The notes: generated from the letters alone by a model not told the origin. 64,000 nt of DNA from Promethearchaeota archaeon (GCA_016840085.1 JAEOTA010000017.1:1-64000); one strand, 5' to 3'; counted from the stretch's first letter, positions 20,137-31,604 are shown. Made by a program: numbers and translations.

Positions 20137-22037
20137 GTGTTCCACAATTTGCAGAAAATAATCCTGGTAATCATATTATTATGCTGGGAAACGAAGCAAT
20201 AGCACGGGGAATTTTAGAAGCAGGAGTTATAATAGCTTCAGGATATCCAGGTACACCTTCTTCAGAGGTATTATCGACTCTTGCTGAAATGTACCCGTAT
20301 CACCCCCATTTAAAATTGGAATGGAGTATTAACGAAAAAGTAGCTTTTGAAGTGGCTTATGGAGGTTCAATGTGTGATGTTAGATCGGTCGCATGTATGA
20401 AACATGTAGGGGTAAATGTCGCATCTGACGCTTTCATGACGGCGGGATATGCTGGAGCTCGCGGGGGCATGGTATTAGTATCTGCAGATGATCCAAGCTG
20501 TTTTTCATCTCAAAATGAGCAAGATAATCGATACTTTGGTTTACACGCTTTAATACCAGTATTCGAGCCTTCGACAGCACAAGAGGCTAAAGATTTAATT
20601 AAATATGCATTCGATTTTTCCGAACACTTTCAGTCAGTTGTATTATTTCGCACGACCACGCGCTTGAATCATGGTAGAGGTGACGTGACACTTGGAGGAA
20701 TTAAGCAGATCGATAGAGACTATGGATTTGATTGGGATAGATCACGTTGGGTCTGCTTACCGTCTCATTCAAGAGTATTGCGTGTTAGATTATTAGAGAG
20801 ATTGAAAGAAATATCTGAATTTGCTGATGAATTTCCGTTTAATTCTCTTAAAATATCTGATGATAAAGTTAATGGAATAAGATATGGATTTGTTGCAGCA
20901 GGAATTCCATATGCACATTTAATTGATGCGCTTAACTATTTTGGTTTAAAAGAGAAAGTTTCAATTCTTAAATTAGGAATGGTCTATCCCCCACCAAGAA
21001 AATTAATTGAAAAATTATTAAACTCCGTAGATAAAATTCTTGTTTTAGAAGAATTAGAACCTTTCTTAGAAAATATATTAAAACAAATTGCATATGATAA
21101 GGGTTTAACAAAAGAAGTAGAAATCCATGGTAAGGATTTTTTCCCACAAAATGGAGAATTTCCAGCAGAATTGGTAATAGAAACTTTAGCGGCCTTAATG
21201 GATTTGGAATATAATAGTGTTTCAGTCCCGAATGATTTACTGATATTACCTCCGAGATTACCAATCCTGTGTCCTGGGTGTAGTCATCGCGCTTCTTTCT
21301 ATGCATTAAAACAAATAGAAAAGAAAATGAAAACAAAATTTGTAAACTCTTCTGATATCGGCTGTTATACATTAGCAGTATACAAACCTCTTGAAAGCAT
21401 AGATACAGAAATTTGTATGGGTGGTTCAATTGGAATGGCTAATGGAATATCTAAGATACAACCTATAGAGAATCCAGTATTGGGAATTTTGGGGGATTCA
21501 ACCTTTTTTCATTCTGGGATTCCTGCATTAATAAATGCCGTCTATAATGAAAATAATATACTTGTTATGATATTAGATAATCATTCAACAGCAATGACTG
21601 GTTTTCAAGATCATCCTGGTACAGGTATTAAAATTACAAGAGAACCTGGAACTAAGGTAATTCTAGAAGATTTAGTGAAAGGATGCGGAGTCTCTTCTGA
21701 AAATATATGGGTTGAAGATTCTAATGACTTACCAAAAATGATTGAAAAATTGGAGGAAGCTGTAAAAGCAAAGGGGGTTCGTGTCTTTATATCAAGACAT
21801 ACATGTTCATTATTAGAGATGAATGAGTTCCGCATTAAGAACATTCATCCTCCTAAAGTTAAAGTCGAACCTGAAAAGTGTAAAGGATGCTTAATTTGTA
21901 TTAATAAATTTGGTTGCCCTGCAATACTTTTTGATGACGATCAAAAAAAAGCATATATTGATCAAGAAACATGTCGAGGGTGTAAAGTGTGCATTGATGT
22001 ATGTATCCATGATGCTATATATGAGGAGGAAGAATAA
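20133..22037 (+). CDS. iorA: Indolepyruvate:ferredoxin oxidoreductase alpha subunit
   Basis: GNEAIARG, YPGTPSSE, MKHVGVNVA, SSQNEQD, LCPGCSHR, DIGCY, GDSTFFHSG and C-terminal ferredoxin; GTGA overlap with iorB. Confidence 0.95.
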   Translation: MSVPQFAENNPGNHIIMLGNEAIARGILEAGVIIASGYPGTPSSEVLSTLAEMYPYHPHLKLEWSINEKVAFEVAYGGSMCDVRSVACMKHVGVNVASDAFMTAGYAGARGGMVLVSADDPSCFSSQNEQDNRYFGLHALIPVFEPSTAQEAKDLIKYAFDFSEHFQSVVLFRTTTRLNHGRGDVTLGGIKQIDRDYGFDWDRSRWVCLPSHSRVLRVRLLERLKEISEFADEFPFNSLKISDDKVNGIRYGFVAAGIPYAHLIDALNYFGLKEKVSILKLGMVYPPPRKLIEKLLNSVDKILVLEELEPFLENILKQIAYDKGLTKEVEIHGKDFFPQNGEFPAELVIETLAALMDLEYNSVSVPNDLLILPPRLPILCPGCSHRASFYALKQIEKKMKTKFVNSSDIGCYTLAVYKPLESIDTEICMGGSIGMANGISKIQPIENPVLGILGDSTFFHSGIPALINAVYNENNILVMILDNHSTAMTGFQDHPGTGIKITREPGTKVILEDLVKGCGVSSENIWVEDSNDLPKMIEKLEEAVKAKGVRVFISRHTCSLLEMNEFRIKNIHPPKVKVEPEKCKGCLICINKFGCPAILFDDDQKKAYIDQETCRGCKVCIDVCIHDAIYEEEE

Positions 22038-22041
22038 TTAG

Positions 22042-23433
22042 ATGGTTTATTTTTTCTTTTATCCAAAAACTATCGCGGTTATTGGTGCAACCTCTAATCC
22101 TAAAAAATTTGGAAATGCTGTTACTATCAATATTCTTAAAAATAAAGACATTCAAAGCCAATTATATCTCATTTCCCATAAAAGTAAAGAAATTCTGGGT
22201 TTGAAATGTTATACATCTATTCTTGAGATACCAGAGCATATTGACATAGCAATTATTTTGGTTCCTGCAAAAGCTGTTGACGGTGTGATTGAACAATGTA
22301 TTGAAAAAAAAGTGAAGGGTATTATAATTATAACAGCGGGTTTTGGAGAAATTAACGAAGAAGGAAAAAAGAAAGAACAAGAAATAGCAAAAAACTGCAA
22401 AGAAGCAGGAATTCGTGTCATGGGACCTAACTGTGTTGGAATACAGAATTTAGATATTGGTTTAAATGCTTCTTTTATTCAAGCAGCTCCACCGGGCAAA
22501 ATTAGTATGATAAGTCAATCAGGTTCATTTGGATGTGCTATGTTTTACGCGATGGCAAGTCAAAATCTTGGTTGCTCCAAATTTGCTAATATTGGAAATA
22601 ATATAGATGTATCATTTAATGAGATCTTGGATTTTTTCAATGAAGACAAAAATACTGAGATAATTTGCATTTATATGGAAACCATTACTGATGGGAGAGT
22701 ATTTTTAAAAACACTGAAAGATATTGTTTTGAATAAACCAATAATTGTATTAAAAGGTGGTAGAACTGCCTATGGGATGAAAGCTGCTAGTAGTCATACA
22801 GGGTCGATTGCAACAAATTATAAAATGCTCAAAACATCAATTAACCAATCTAGAGCTTTATTATGTGAAAACACTTCTGATTTTATAACAGCATTAAAAG
22901 CATACTCATTTCTGCCTCTTCCTAAAGGGGAAAAGATTGGAGTTTTAACAAATAGTGGAGGGAGTTCAGTTTTATTTAGTGATAAAGCAGAAGAATTTAA
23001 TTTAAGATTAGCATCATTTTCAGAGACCCTTATTGATAAAATGAAGCCTTATCTTATTTCATTAGTAAAATTTATTAATCCTCTTGATATGATTGGAGTA
23101 GCTGATAAAGAACAATATTATAATGTTACAAAATTGATGTTGGAAGATCCTGGAATAGATATCGTTGTAGCATGTGTTGTAATTCCACCATTTTTAGAAA
23201 TGAAATCTGATGAACATTATAGAGGAATAATTAAGGCATGGAACGATACCAAAAGGATTAAACCATTAATAACGCTAATAATGTTTGCTGAAGAATTCAG
23301 TGATATAAGAGATCATTCTAAAAAAGAGAATACAACCATCTTCTTCACCCCGCATGATGCTGCTTATGCTATAAAAATATTAATAGAAAGAATGAAATTG
23401 TTGGTTAAAAGTAGAGCTAATCAGAAATTTTAA
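22042..23433 (+). CDS. ADP-forming acyl-CoA synthetase alpha subunit (CoA-binding)
   Basis: IAVIGAT, GPNCVG, SQSGS, SSHTGSIA phospho-His motif, NSGG, NPLD. Confidence 0.9.
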   Translation: MVYFFFYPKTIAVIGATSNPKKFGNAVTINILKNKDIQSQLYLISHKSKEILGLKCYTSILEIPEHIDIAIILVPAKAVDGVIEQCIEKKVKGIIIITAGFGEINEEGKKKEQEIAKNCKEAGIRVMGPNCVGIQNLDIGLNASFIQAAPPGKISMISQSGSFGCAMFYAMASQNLGCSKFANIGNNIDVSFNEILDFFNEDKNTEIICIYMETITDGRVFLKTLKDIVLNKPIIVLKGGRTAYGMKAASSHTGSIATNYKMLKTSINQSRALLCENTSDFITALKAYSFLPLPKGEKIGVLTNSGGSSVLFSDKAEEFNLRLASFSETLIDKMKPYLISLVKFINPLDMIGVADKEQYYNVTKLMLEDPGIDIVVACVVIPPFLEMKSDEHYRGIIKAWNDTKRIKPLITLIMFAEEFSDIRDHSKKENTTIFFTPHDAAYAIKILIERMKLLVKSRANQKF

Positions 23434-23469
23434 TAATTTAATAAAGTATAAAGAGGAAAATCTTGTTTT

Positions 23470-23886
23470 TTAATCCTCAATAATACTAAAACCACTTTTT
23501 CCTAAAGTAGTCATAGTCTTTTCAATGATCTTGTCTTCAACACGTACAATAAGCATAGATTCCTCTTTGACTAAGGTTGAGTAACAATAATCAATATTGA
23601 TTTTATTATCTCCTAAAGTTTTTGGTATTTCATATAATGCATTGAGATTATCATTCAATCTAACAGCAATTACATCAGTAGTAGAGAGGACATAATCGTT
23701 TTCTTCTAATATATTTATACATTTCTCTGGTTTATCCACTAAAATTAATAGTAGCCCATATTCACTTGTTTTAGCAACGGTAAGAGCTCGTATAAAAATT
23801 TTATTGTCCATCAGAAGTTTTATAAAACTTGCTAACGATCCCGGACGGTCTTCAAGATATACGCTAATTTGAATAATTTTTAACAA
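23470..23886 (-). CDS. Tandem ACT-domain protein
   Basis: QISVYLEDRPGSLA and second ACT INIDYCYS; family often found beside ior genes. Confidence 0.85.
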   Translation of the reverse strand: MLKIIQISVYLEDRPGSLASFIKLLMDNKIFIRALTVAKTSEYGLLLILVDKPEKCINILEENDYVLSTTDVIAVRLNDNLNALYEIPKTLGDNKINIDYCYSTLVKEESMLIVRVEDKIIEKTMTTLGKSGFSIIED

Positions 23887-23978
23887 ACCTTTTTGTATAG
23901 ATTGATGTAAATTTTAATATTACTTTTGTTTTAAACTTAGTAATAAAATAATATAAAAGAACTATACTGATATATTAG

Positions 23979-24737
23979 ATGTTAAGAGATTTTTACGATA
24001 AACATAAGAATTTTTCTTTTAGAACCTTATCAGAATATTGTATATCTCCGGGAATTAGATGCAAATTTGACTTATTGAAAGAAAATATTAATACTAAAAG
24101 AAAATTTTCACAAGGAATTGATCTTGGTTCTTCTGGTAATTCTTTTCTTTCCTTTTTAGATAATGTTGAATATAAATCTTATTATGATATAGCAAAACTC
24201 CCTTTAACGCAATACATCAGAGAAAAAAAAGGGTATCCTCTTTGTGGAGATCTCATAAAATTACCCTATAAAGATGAAACTTTTGATTTTATTAGTGCTC
24301 TTGATGTTTTAGAGCATATTAAAGACGATGATTTAGCGGCTTCAGAAATTTGTAGAATTTTAAAAAAAAATGGGATATTAGTTCTTACAGTTCCGCATCG
24401 AATGAAATTTTATTCATACCAGGATAAGTTAATAGGACATTATCGACGATATGAAGTGGAACAGATGATATCTCTTTTTAAAAATTCTACACTCAAACTT
24501 CTGAAAATATTTGGGGTATATGGTAGGTTGATGAGAATTGCTGATATTCAGTCGAAGAATCCTAAAAAAGTTGAGAAAAGTATCATTGATTTAAGAAAGC
24601 GCTATGAATCTAATACTATGTTCCGAAAATTGTGGAATATTTTTGTCAAAATTACAAGTAAAATCATGAAATTTGATGCTAAATACCATTCTCTAGAAAA
24701 TATTATGAATATCGCTTTTATATTTAAAAAGTTATAA
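23979..24737 (+). CDS. Class I SAM-dependent methyltransferase
   Basis: DLGS, LPYKDETFD, DVLEHI, RILKKNG, GHYRRY. Confidence 0.85.
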   Translation: MLRDFYDKHKNFSFRTLSEYCISPGIRCKFDLLKENINTKRKFSQGIDLGSSGNSFLSFLDNVEYKSYYDIAKLPLTQYIREKKGYPLCGDLIKLPYKDETFDFISALDVLEHIKDDDLAASEICRILKKNGILVLTVPHRMKFYSYQDKLIGHYRRYEVEQMISLFKNSTLKLLKIFGVYGRLMRIADIQSKNPKKVEKSIIDLRKRYESNTMFRKLWNIFVKITSKIMKFDAKYHSLENIMNIAFIFKKL

Positions 24738-24754
24738 AAAATCACACAAAAAGG

Positions 24755-25171
24755 TTAAGAATCTTCTTTTTGTAATTTCTCAAACAATTTTTTATATTCT
24801 TCAATGTATTTTTCATCGTTTGTTTCGTCTATTTTTTGGAGGAGATCAATTGATTTTGTAAGAGATTGAGATTTTTTTTTAATCTCTTCAAGATATTGTT
24901 TTTTATTGAATGTCGCTTTTGAAAAATCAATTTTATCTTTTACTTCCATAATGGAAGCTTCAATTTCCTTTTGAGATTCAATTACACTATTTATTACACC
25001 CAACTCTAATTTTTTTTTCCTTTTTTCTAATTTGATACAGTTTTCACAAACAATTTCCTCATTATTTTGTTGTTTTTTCAATTTTTTTCCTTTTTGCATC
25101 ATAAAAGGATTCTTACAACGATCACATGCTACTAATTCTAGTACTAATTTATCAGAATCAGAATCGGGCAT
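24755..25171 (-). CDS. Zn-ribbon plus coiled-coil protein
   Basis: CDRC and CENC pairs followed by charged heptad-rich helix. Confidence 0.7.
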   Translation of the reverse strand: MPDSDSDKLVLELVACDRCKNPFMMQKGKKLKKQQNNEEIVCENCIKLEKRKKKLELGVINSVIESQKEIEASIMEVKDKIDFSKATFNKKQYLEEIKKKSQSLTKSIDLLQKIDETNDEKYIEEYKKLFEKLQKEDS

Positions 25172-25304
25172 AACTAAAAATCTATCAAATCTTAGTTTTT
25201 AATATTTACTTATAATTATAATCTCTTTTTAATAATTTATTATTATTCCCTTTAATGTATCATCTATTAGAAAACTAATAATAGCTTCTTATATTTCACA
25301 TTAT

Positions 25305-26099
25305 ATGGATACGGTTGGACTTATAATATTATTAATAGCTGGATTTATTTTTGGAACAATAAGTTGTATTGCTGGTGTTGGAGGGGGGATCTTTTTTGTT
25401 AGCTCCATGGTTGTTATTTTTTTCATTCCTATAAATATAGCAGTTGACACCTCTGCTTTTATAATATTAATATCTTCTGGAGCAGGTTTTTTAACTTATT
25501 TAAAAGATAAAAGACTTGACTTAAAACAAGTATTAATCTTTTCCTCATTTTCAATTTTAGGAAGTATTGCAAGTACTCTATTATTTTTATTCATTGAATT
25601 AGATAATACCGTTCTAAAAATGTTATTTGCCACAACCTTACTATTAGCAGGAGTAAATATGGTATATAAAGCAATTAAATCTAATAGAAATAACCCCTCT
25701 CGAGAAGATCAAGAAGTTGAGTTTATTCTCAGCGAACATGATTACAAAACAAATTTGAAAAAGTCTATACCCTTGTTTTTCTTAGCTGGTTTCAGTGCTC
25801 ATCTATTAGGAATTGGAGGAGGAATTATAAACACACCATCTCTTCATATTCTTCTTCAATATCCAATCCATAATTCAACAGCAATTTCTACGGGTATAAT
25901 ATTTTTTACTGCAATTTATAATACTATTGCTAAAAGTATTATTGGAGAAATAGATTATTTAATAGGTTTTTTAATCGGAATAGGGGCTATTTTTGGCTCT
26001 ATTTTTGGCGCAAGAATTTCAGGGAAGATCCCTAAAAATTATCTACAATTTTTTGTAGCTATAGTATTAATGGGATTAGCAATTAGAATGTATTTTTAA
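25305..26099 (+). CDS. TauE/SafE family sulfite exporter
   Basis: Two GxGGG repeats (AGVGGGI, LGIGGGI), about 8 TM segments. Confidence 0.9.
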   Translation: MDTVGLIILLIAGFIFGTISCIAGVGGGIFFVSSMVVIFFIPINIAVDTSAFIILISSGAGFLTYLKDKRLDLKQVLIFSSFSILGSIASTLLFLFIELDNTVLKMLFATTLLLAGVNMVYKAIKSNRNNPSREDQEVEFILSEHDYKTNLKKSIPLFFLAGFSAHLLGIGGGIINTPSLHILLQYPIHNSTAISTGIIFFTAIYNTIAKSIIGEIDYLIGFLIGIGAIFGSIFGARISGKIPKNYLQFFVAIVLMGLAIRMYF

Positions 26100-26210
26100 G
26101 TGTTGCCGTAATTAAAAACTTATAAATTTTGAAATTTTACATTTTAATTAGTTTTAAATGAAAATGAAATAGCTTAAATTAAATAGTCTTAAGAAAAAGG
26201 GGCTTTAAAA

Positions 26211-26441
26211 ATGGTGAAAGTAAAAGATATCGAAAAAGTTATGGACGATTATATGATTGAGCCGGATGATAAATTTTTCGAAATAAAACGATATCTTATA
26301 AGTGAATTTGATTGGAATGTAAATCCTTTGAAAGAATCTCAATTTATGATTAGAGGCATTCCAATAAAAGATGATATGAAATTAAGCGAGATATTAAAAT
26401 CCTATTTACCTGAAGAAGTAGTAACTCTTAAGGAAATTTAA
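26211..26441 (+). CDS. Putative ubiquitin-like (beta-grasp) protein without C-terminal GG
   Basis: 76 aa; colinear by eye with ubiquitin (EPDD/EPSD, FMIRGIPIKDDMKLSEI/LIFAGKQLEDGRTLSDY). Confidence 0.6.
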   Translation: MVKVKDIEKVMDDYMIEPDDKFFEIKRYLISEFDWNVNPLKESQFMIRGIPIKDDMKLSEILKSYLPEEVVTLKEI

Positions 26442-26505
26442 AAAATTGATTTTTAATTTCTTATTTTGAATAAATTATAATCATGTATTAATAAATAACA
26501 TAGAA

Positions 26506-27612
26506 ATGGTGAAGATAATCTCAGAACCAAATAAAAACAAACAAGAAATCACAATTAAAGACCAGATGAAAAAATTTCTTTTAAATAGTCTTTATGGATT
26601 CTTAACAGTTCTTATGTTTGGCTTAGGAAGAAGGATAGGTATTCTTGATTATCTTTTAGAAAAAGCAAAAGCATCACCTAAAGAAGAGAATATATCTTCA
26701 ATATCATTTACAATTGATGAACTTTCTGAGAAATTAAACTTAGACTATAATTATGTAGACGCTTGGGCACATACAGCGCTTGAATGCGGAATATTAGAAA
26801 TTGATGATTCGTGTGAAAGATGCTTAAAAACAGCTCCATATGTATTTGATTTGTTAATTGATCGCAAGAAGTCAACTTATGTTGGTGATCCATTGGGAGC
26901 GTTTTATTATCTTGCCCCATATCAAGATTTAATTCTTGAAGCTTTCAAAGAAGGAGGAACTATCCCAAACTATGAATTTTCTGATGAAGTGATTCATGAT
27001 ATAAATCGGATGAGTGCAAGATTTGGTACATTAATAGAAAACTTATTCTCAAAAAATTTCGGAAAATTTTGTGAAAAATTACAAAATAAAGGCATGGTAC
27101 TCGAAGCGGGGTGTGGATATGGATACAACCTTCAAGTATGGGCAAAAAAATATGAAAATGTAAGATTCGTGGGTATTGACATTGATCCAAAGGCGATAAT
27201 TTTCGCGAAAAGTTTAGTAAATGAAAATAAATGGGATGAGCGAGTTCAAATTCACGAAATCCCGATTAATGAATATGCTAAAAAAAGCACAATAAAATTT
27301 GATTTGATAATGTTAAATCAAGTTCTCCATGAGATGGATCATGACGAAAATTATAGATTAAGTGTATTCAATAGTCTATATTCTCTGTTGAACTATGATG
27401 GAATATTACTTGTTGGGGAAAGCATGATTCCCGATACTTTTGCTCCAAAACAAAAATTACTACTTTTTGACGTGCTGCATAAATTTCTTGAAGCACGTTT
27501 CGCAGGTTTTTATAATGAAAAAACTTTTACAGATTTCATTAACTTGACACCTTTTACAAAATCAGAATTTTTAAAAGAGGGTGGGAATGCTATATGGGTA
27601 ATTAGAAAATAA
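26506..27612 (+). CDS. SAM-dependent methyltransferase with N-terminal winged helix
   Basis: TIDELSEKLNL wHTH; LEAGCGYG, VGIDID, QVLHEM. Confidence 0.9.
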   Translation: MVKIISEPNKNKQEITIKDQMKKFLLNSLYGFLTVLMFGLGRRIGILDYLLEKAKASPKEENISSISFTIDELSEKLNLDYNYVDAWAHTALECGILEIDDSCERCLKTAPYVFDLLIDRKKSTYVGDPLGAFYYLAPYQDLILEAFKEGGTIPNYEFSDEVIHDINRMSARFGTLIENLFSKNFGKFCEKLQNKGMVLEAGCGYGYNLQVWAKKYENVRFVGIDIDPKAIIFAKSLVNENKWDERVQIHEIPINEYAKKSTIKFDLIMLNQVLHEMDHDENYRLSVFNSLYSLLNYDGILLVGESMIPDTFAPKQKLLLFDVLHKFLEARFAGFYNEKTFTDFINLTPFTKSEFLKEGGNAIWVIRK

Positions 27613-27782
27613 ACATCAATTTCAACAGAGAGATCATAAGTAAATTTGAATAGAAGTAGATTACATATATATATGTAAAATGTTATTAATTGAAATATCT
27701 CATTATTATTTATTATATAGGGTAAAAAAAGTAAAATTAAGAAAACCAAATACTGCATTTCAATATTAATATTTGGATAAGG

Positions 27783-30700
27783 ATGGTAAAAATAGAAGAA
27801 ACTGAGCTACTAAATAGAGCAGAAATAGAGGAAAAGAATTATAATTGGGAACAAGCTGCAAAATTGTACGAACAAGCAGCAAGAGCAGTATTAGATCAAA
27901 ATAAGTTAAAAAATGCTGCAAAAATTTACTATAAGCTTGGAGATATATATCTTCACATTGTTTTAGCATCAGATACAAAGGAAGATTATTTAAGTTGGAA
28001 TGAACAATCCGTTAAAGCTTTTCATGAGGCAGAGAGTCTTTTTAACTATAGCAATGATAAACTCCTAAGTATGGAATGTAAAGCTAAAGCATTTAATGCA
28101 ATGAGTTATGTAATTACTTCAGTTGAAGAAACGAAAAAGAATTTAACAAAATCAATTAATATTTTTTTAGAACTTAATAAAAATTATTCAAAAGCAAATA
28201 ACAATAAAAATTGTGTAAGATTGTCAACTCTGACAATAGATTCAATAATATCATTCATGGTATTATGTAATGATCCTTCTGAATTAGACTTTTATAGCCA
28301 GATGGCTAATAAATTAATAGAGACAGCTTGGATACTTCTAAATGAAATTGATGACATTAATTTTAGAGCCTTATTATTGTACGATGAAGCTATGTTACTT
28401 AATTTTAATCGATGGACAGAACTTATTTATGGAGATGAAAAACAAGAAGAAATCCGCAAAATATTTTTAAAAAGATGTGAAGAAACATTAATTTTAGCTG
28501 AAGATTGCAATGATTTTATTACTCTTGGAAGTATCTTTGCTACAACTGGTTTTTTTTATTGTATAGTTTGAGGTTTATATGTTGAGGAACAAAAGGAGCG
28601 AGTAAAGTTTGCTGAAAAAGGATTTGAGTTTTTAGAAAATGCTATTGTATTTTTTAGAAAAATAAGAGACAATCGTGGAATCATATCTTTTTTATACAGT
28701 TTAGATTATCAAGCTGGTATTTTTGGCAGATATGAATATTTACAGAAGAGAATTCTGAATGATATGCGCGAAGTTCAGAAATTAGATAAGATCTTCGATA
28801 ATTTATATACGGGGCTTTATTGGTTCATGGATTTTATATCTATAACTTATTATAATGATTTTGCTAGTAGAAGTTTTTTAAAAGCGGATACGCGGAAGTC
28901 TTATGCAAAACTAGGAATTGAGTATGCTAATCGAACATTAAAAAGGCTTGCATTTGGACCTTATATTACATTTGTTTATCAGTATTTAACTCATTTTTAT
29001 TCACAATTAATTATTCTTGCTACAGAAGATGATCCTCAAGAAGAATATATTCAAAAAATGTTGTATTACGCGAATAAGACTGAAAAACTCTCAAAAAATT
29101 ATAAAGGAGGAAATGCTAGATCAGCTGGTTTCACTTCGCTTTACAGGACATATAAGACTATAGCTGATATTACTAAAGATAAAGAAAAAAAAATTAAAAA
29201 TTTAGAACTTGCAATAAATGCTGCTAAGAATAATGTTAAATATTCAATTGAATCTTATAGACATTTTTTAGGTATTCAAATACGTTTAGCTCTACTTTAC
29301 GAGGAATTAGGAATTCTAACTGGGGAGGAAAAACCCTTGATGGAAGCGAGGGAATTATTCCTCCGTATAATAAAAGAAGCTTCAGAAAAAGGTTATGAAT
29401 TTTATTCTGCAGCTTGTTATGAGTATATTGCGCGTTTAGAAGATCGTTTAGGAAATCATATGACCTCAGCAGAATACTATGAAAAAGCGCAAGATGCTCA
29501 TGGTAAGTCTTTACTAACTATTGAATATAAACTATTAAAAGATAGAGTTAATGAAAAGATTCAATATGCAAAGGCTTGGAATTTGATTGAGAAAGCTAAG
29601 GCGTATCATAAAAGAGAGCATCATTTAAAGGCCAAAAAAAGTTATGAAGAAGCAACTGAGATTTTAAGAGCACTACCTAGTTTTAATTATGAAGCAGCGT
29701 ATTATGGAGCCTGGATAGCATTAGAAGAAGCTGAAGATCTCAGTAAGCATGAAAGACATAATGAAGCTATAAAGAGCTATGAAAAAGCAAGAGATCTTTT
29801 TGATAATGCTATCTTTACAATTAGATTTATTAGGAAAAATGTTAAAAGATCAAAAGAATTAAAAAAACTTGAGAAAGTGGCAAAAGTAAGGATGAACCAT
29901 TGTTCTGCCAGAATTAATCTCGATAAAGCAAGAATTTTAGGAAAAAAAGGGGATCATATTGCTGCAGCTGAGAGATTTGCTATAGCAGCATCTCAATTCA
30001 GAGATATCTGTATATTATACAAAATTAAAAGGGAACAAGCAGAATTAGAAGCAATATATAATCTCTGTAGAGCTTGGGAAAGCATGGAATTAGCTGAAAA
30101 CTACGAAGATCCTGAAAAATTCGCAGAAGCAGCAAAATTATTCATAAAAGCTAGTGATTTCTTTACAGAAAGTAAATTAAAATTCTTAGCTCAGGGTAAT
30201 TCAAATTTCTGTTTGGCTTTAGAAGAGGGATGTAAATTTGATCAGTCTCATAATATGGCAGTTAAAACAGAATTGTATCCAAACATTAAATCAATACTTA
30301 GAAAAGCAGCAAATTTATATGAAAAGGGTGGTTTTAAAAATGGTGCAGATTGGGCACTTGCAACATCAACTTATTTCGATGCAGCTTGGTATTTAATTCA
30401 AACAGATGAGGAATTAGATGTAAATAAAAAACAAGAATTCTTAAGTTTTGGATCAAATTATTTAAAATCATCAGCAGAACTCTTTCGTAATGCTGGCTAT
30501 AAAGACAAAGAAAAAGAAGTTTTAGAAAGATTAGATAGAATAACTAAAGAGGAAAAAATACTTGTATCCGCCTTAGACACCATTAATAAACCTTCTGTTT
30601 CAAGGAGTATTGAAGGTATAGTAACCCCTTCATGTCCAATAGAAACAAGTCAATCTCCACGGATAAGTGAAATTCAACAATACTCTGGAGAAGTTAGTAT

Positions 30701-31604
30701 ATTCTTAGAAAAGGATAGCAAAATGAAAAAATATGAATTAGAATATAAGGATTTACTTCAAGAATATCCAGAAACTCAGAAATCAATGTGTAAAATTGGT
30801 ATTTCTCAGATTGGAAATTCAGCTACAGATGATATAATGAGTGAGTTTTTTGAAGTGGAAACATCTGGTCTTTTAAGGCTTAAGCAAAATAAAATTGATG
30901 ATGTTAAGATTAAAGTAAAAAAAATGATTGAAAATGCATATGCAAACGGTATTGACATTTTAGTTTTTCCTGAGATGACAATAGACCTTAACTATAAAAG
31001 TGTTATTGAACATATATCGAATTTAGCAAAATTATATAGTATGTATATAATTCCTGGCTCATATCATGATTTAAATTCAAAAAGAAATCTTTGCAAAGTA
31101 ATTGGACCTGAAGGAATCCTATGGGAACAAGAAAAGCACATCCCTGCCATAATTCATTTTGGTGATAAAAGATTTAAAGAAGGAATTGAGACTAGCGGTT
31201 TTTCCCGTAAAATTACTATTTGTAATACTAAATTTGGCAGAATTGCGATTGCTATATGTCGAGATTTCTTAGATATGGATCTTCGAGTAGAATTAAAAAA
31301 TTTTGAACCACCAGTGGACATTGTAATTAATCCTGCTTTTACTCCAGTTACAGCTGATTTTAAAGCGGCTCATTTTGATGCCCGTAGATCAATCTATGCT
31401 TACTGCTTCTTTGCTAATGTTGCAGAATTCGGGGAATCTCTTATATATACTCCTGAAAAAGACCGTACGGAAAGAATTATACCAAAAAAAGAAGAAGGAT
31501 TGATATATAAAGAGATTGACCTTTTTAAATTGCGTTCAGAGCGCAAGAAATGGGAAAAAGAACAGAGTAAAGAAAAATTGTTTATCCAAAGTACAAGATC
31601 ATGA
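27783..31604 (+). CDS. TPR-repeat protein fused to C-terminal carbon-nitrogen hydrolase (nitrilase) domain; single in-frame TGA at 28569-28571
   Basis: ORFs 27783-28571 and 28764-31604 are in the same frame and 28572-28763 is open (GLYVEEQKERVKFAEKG...RILND). Nitrilase triad E (FPEM), K (QEKH), C (ICRDF). Either a nonsense-mutated gene or recoded. Confidence 0.8.
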
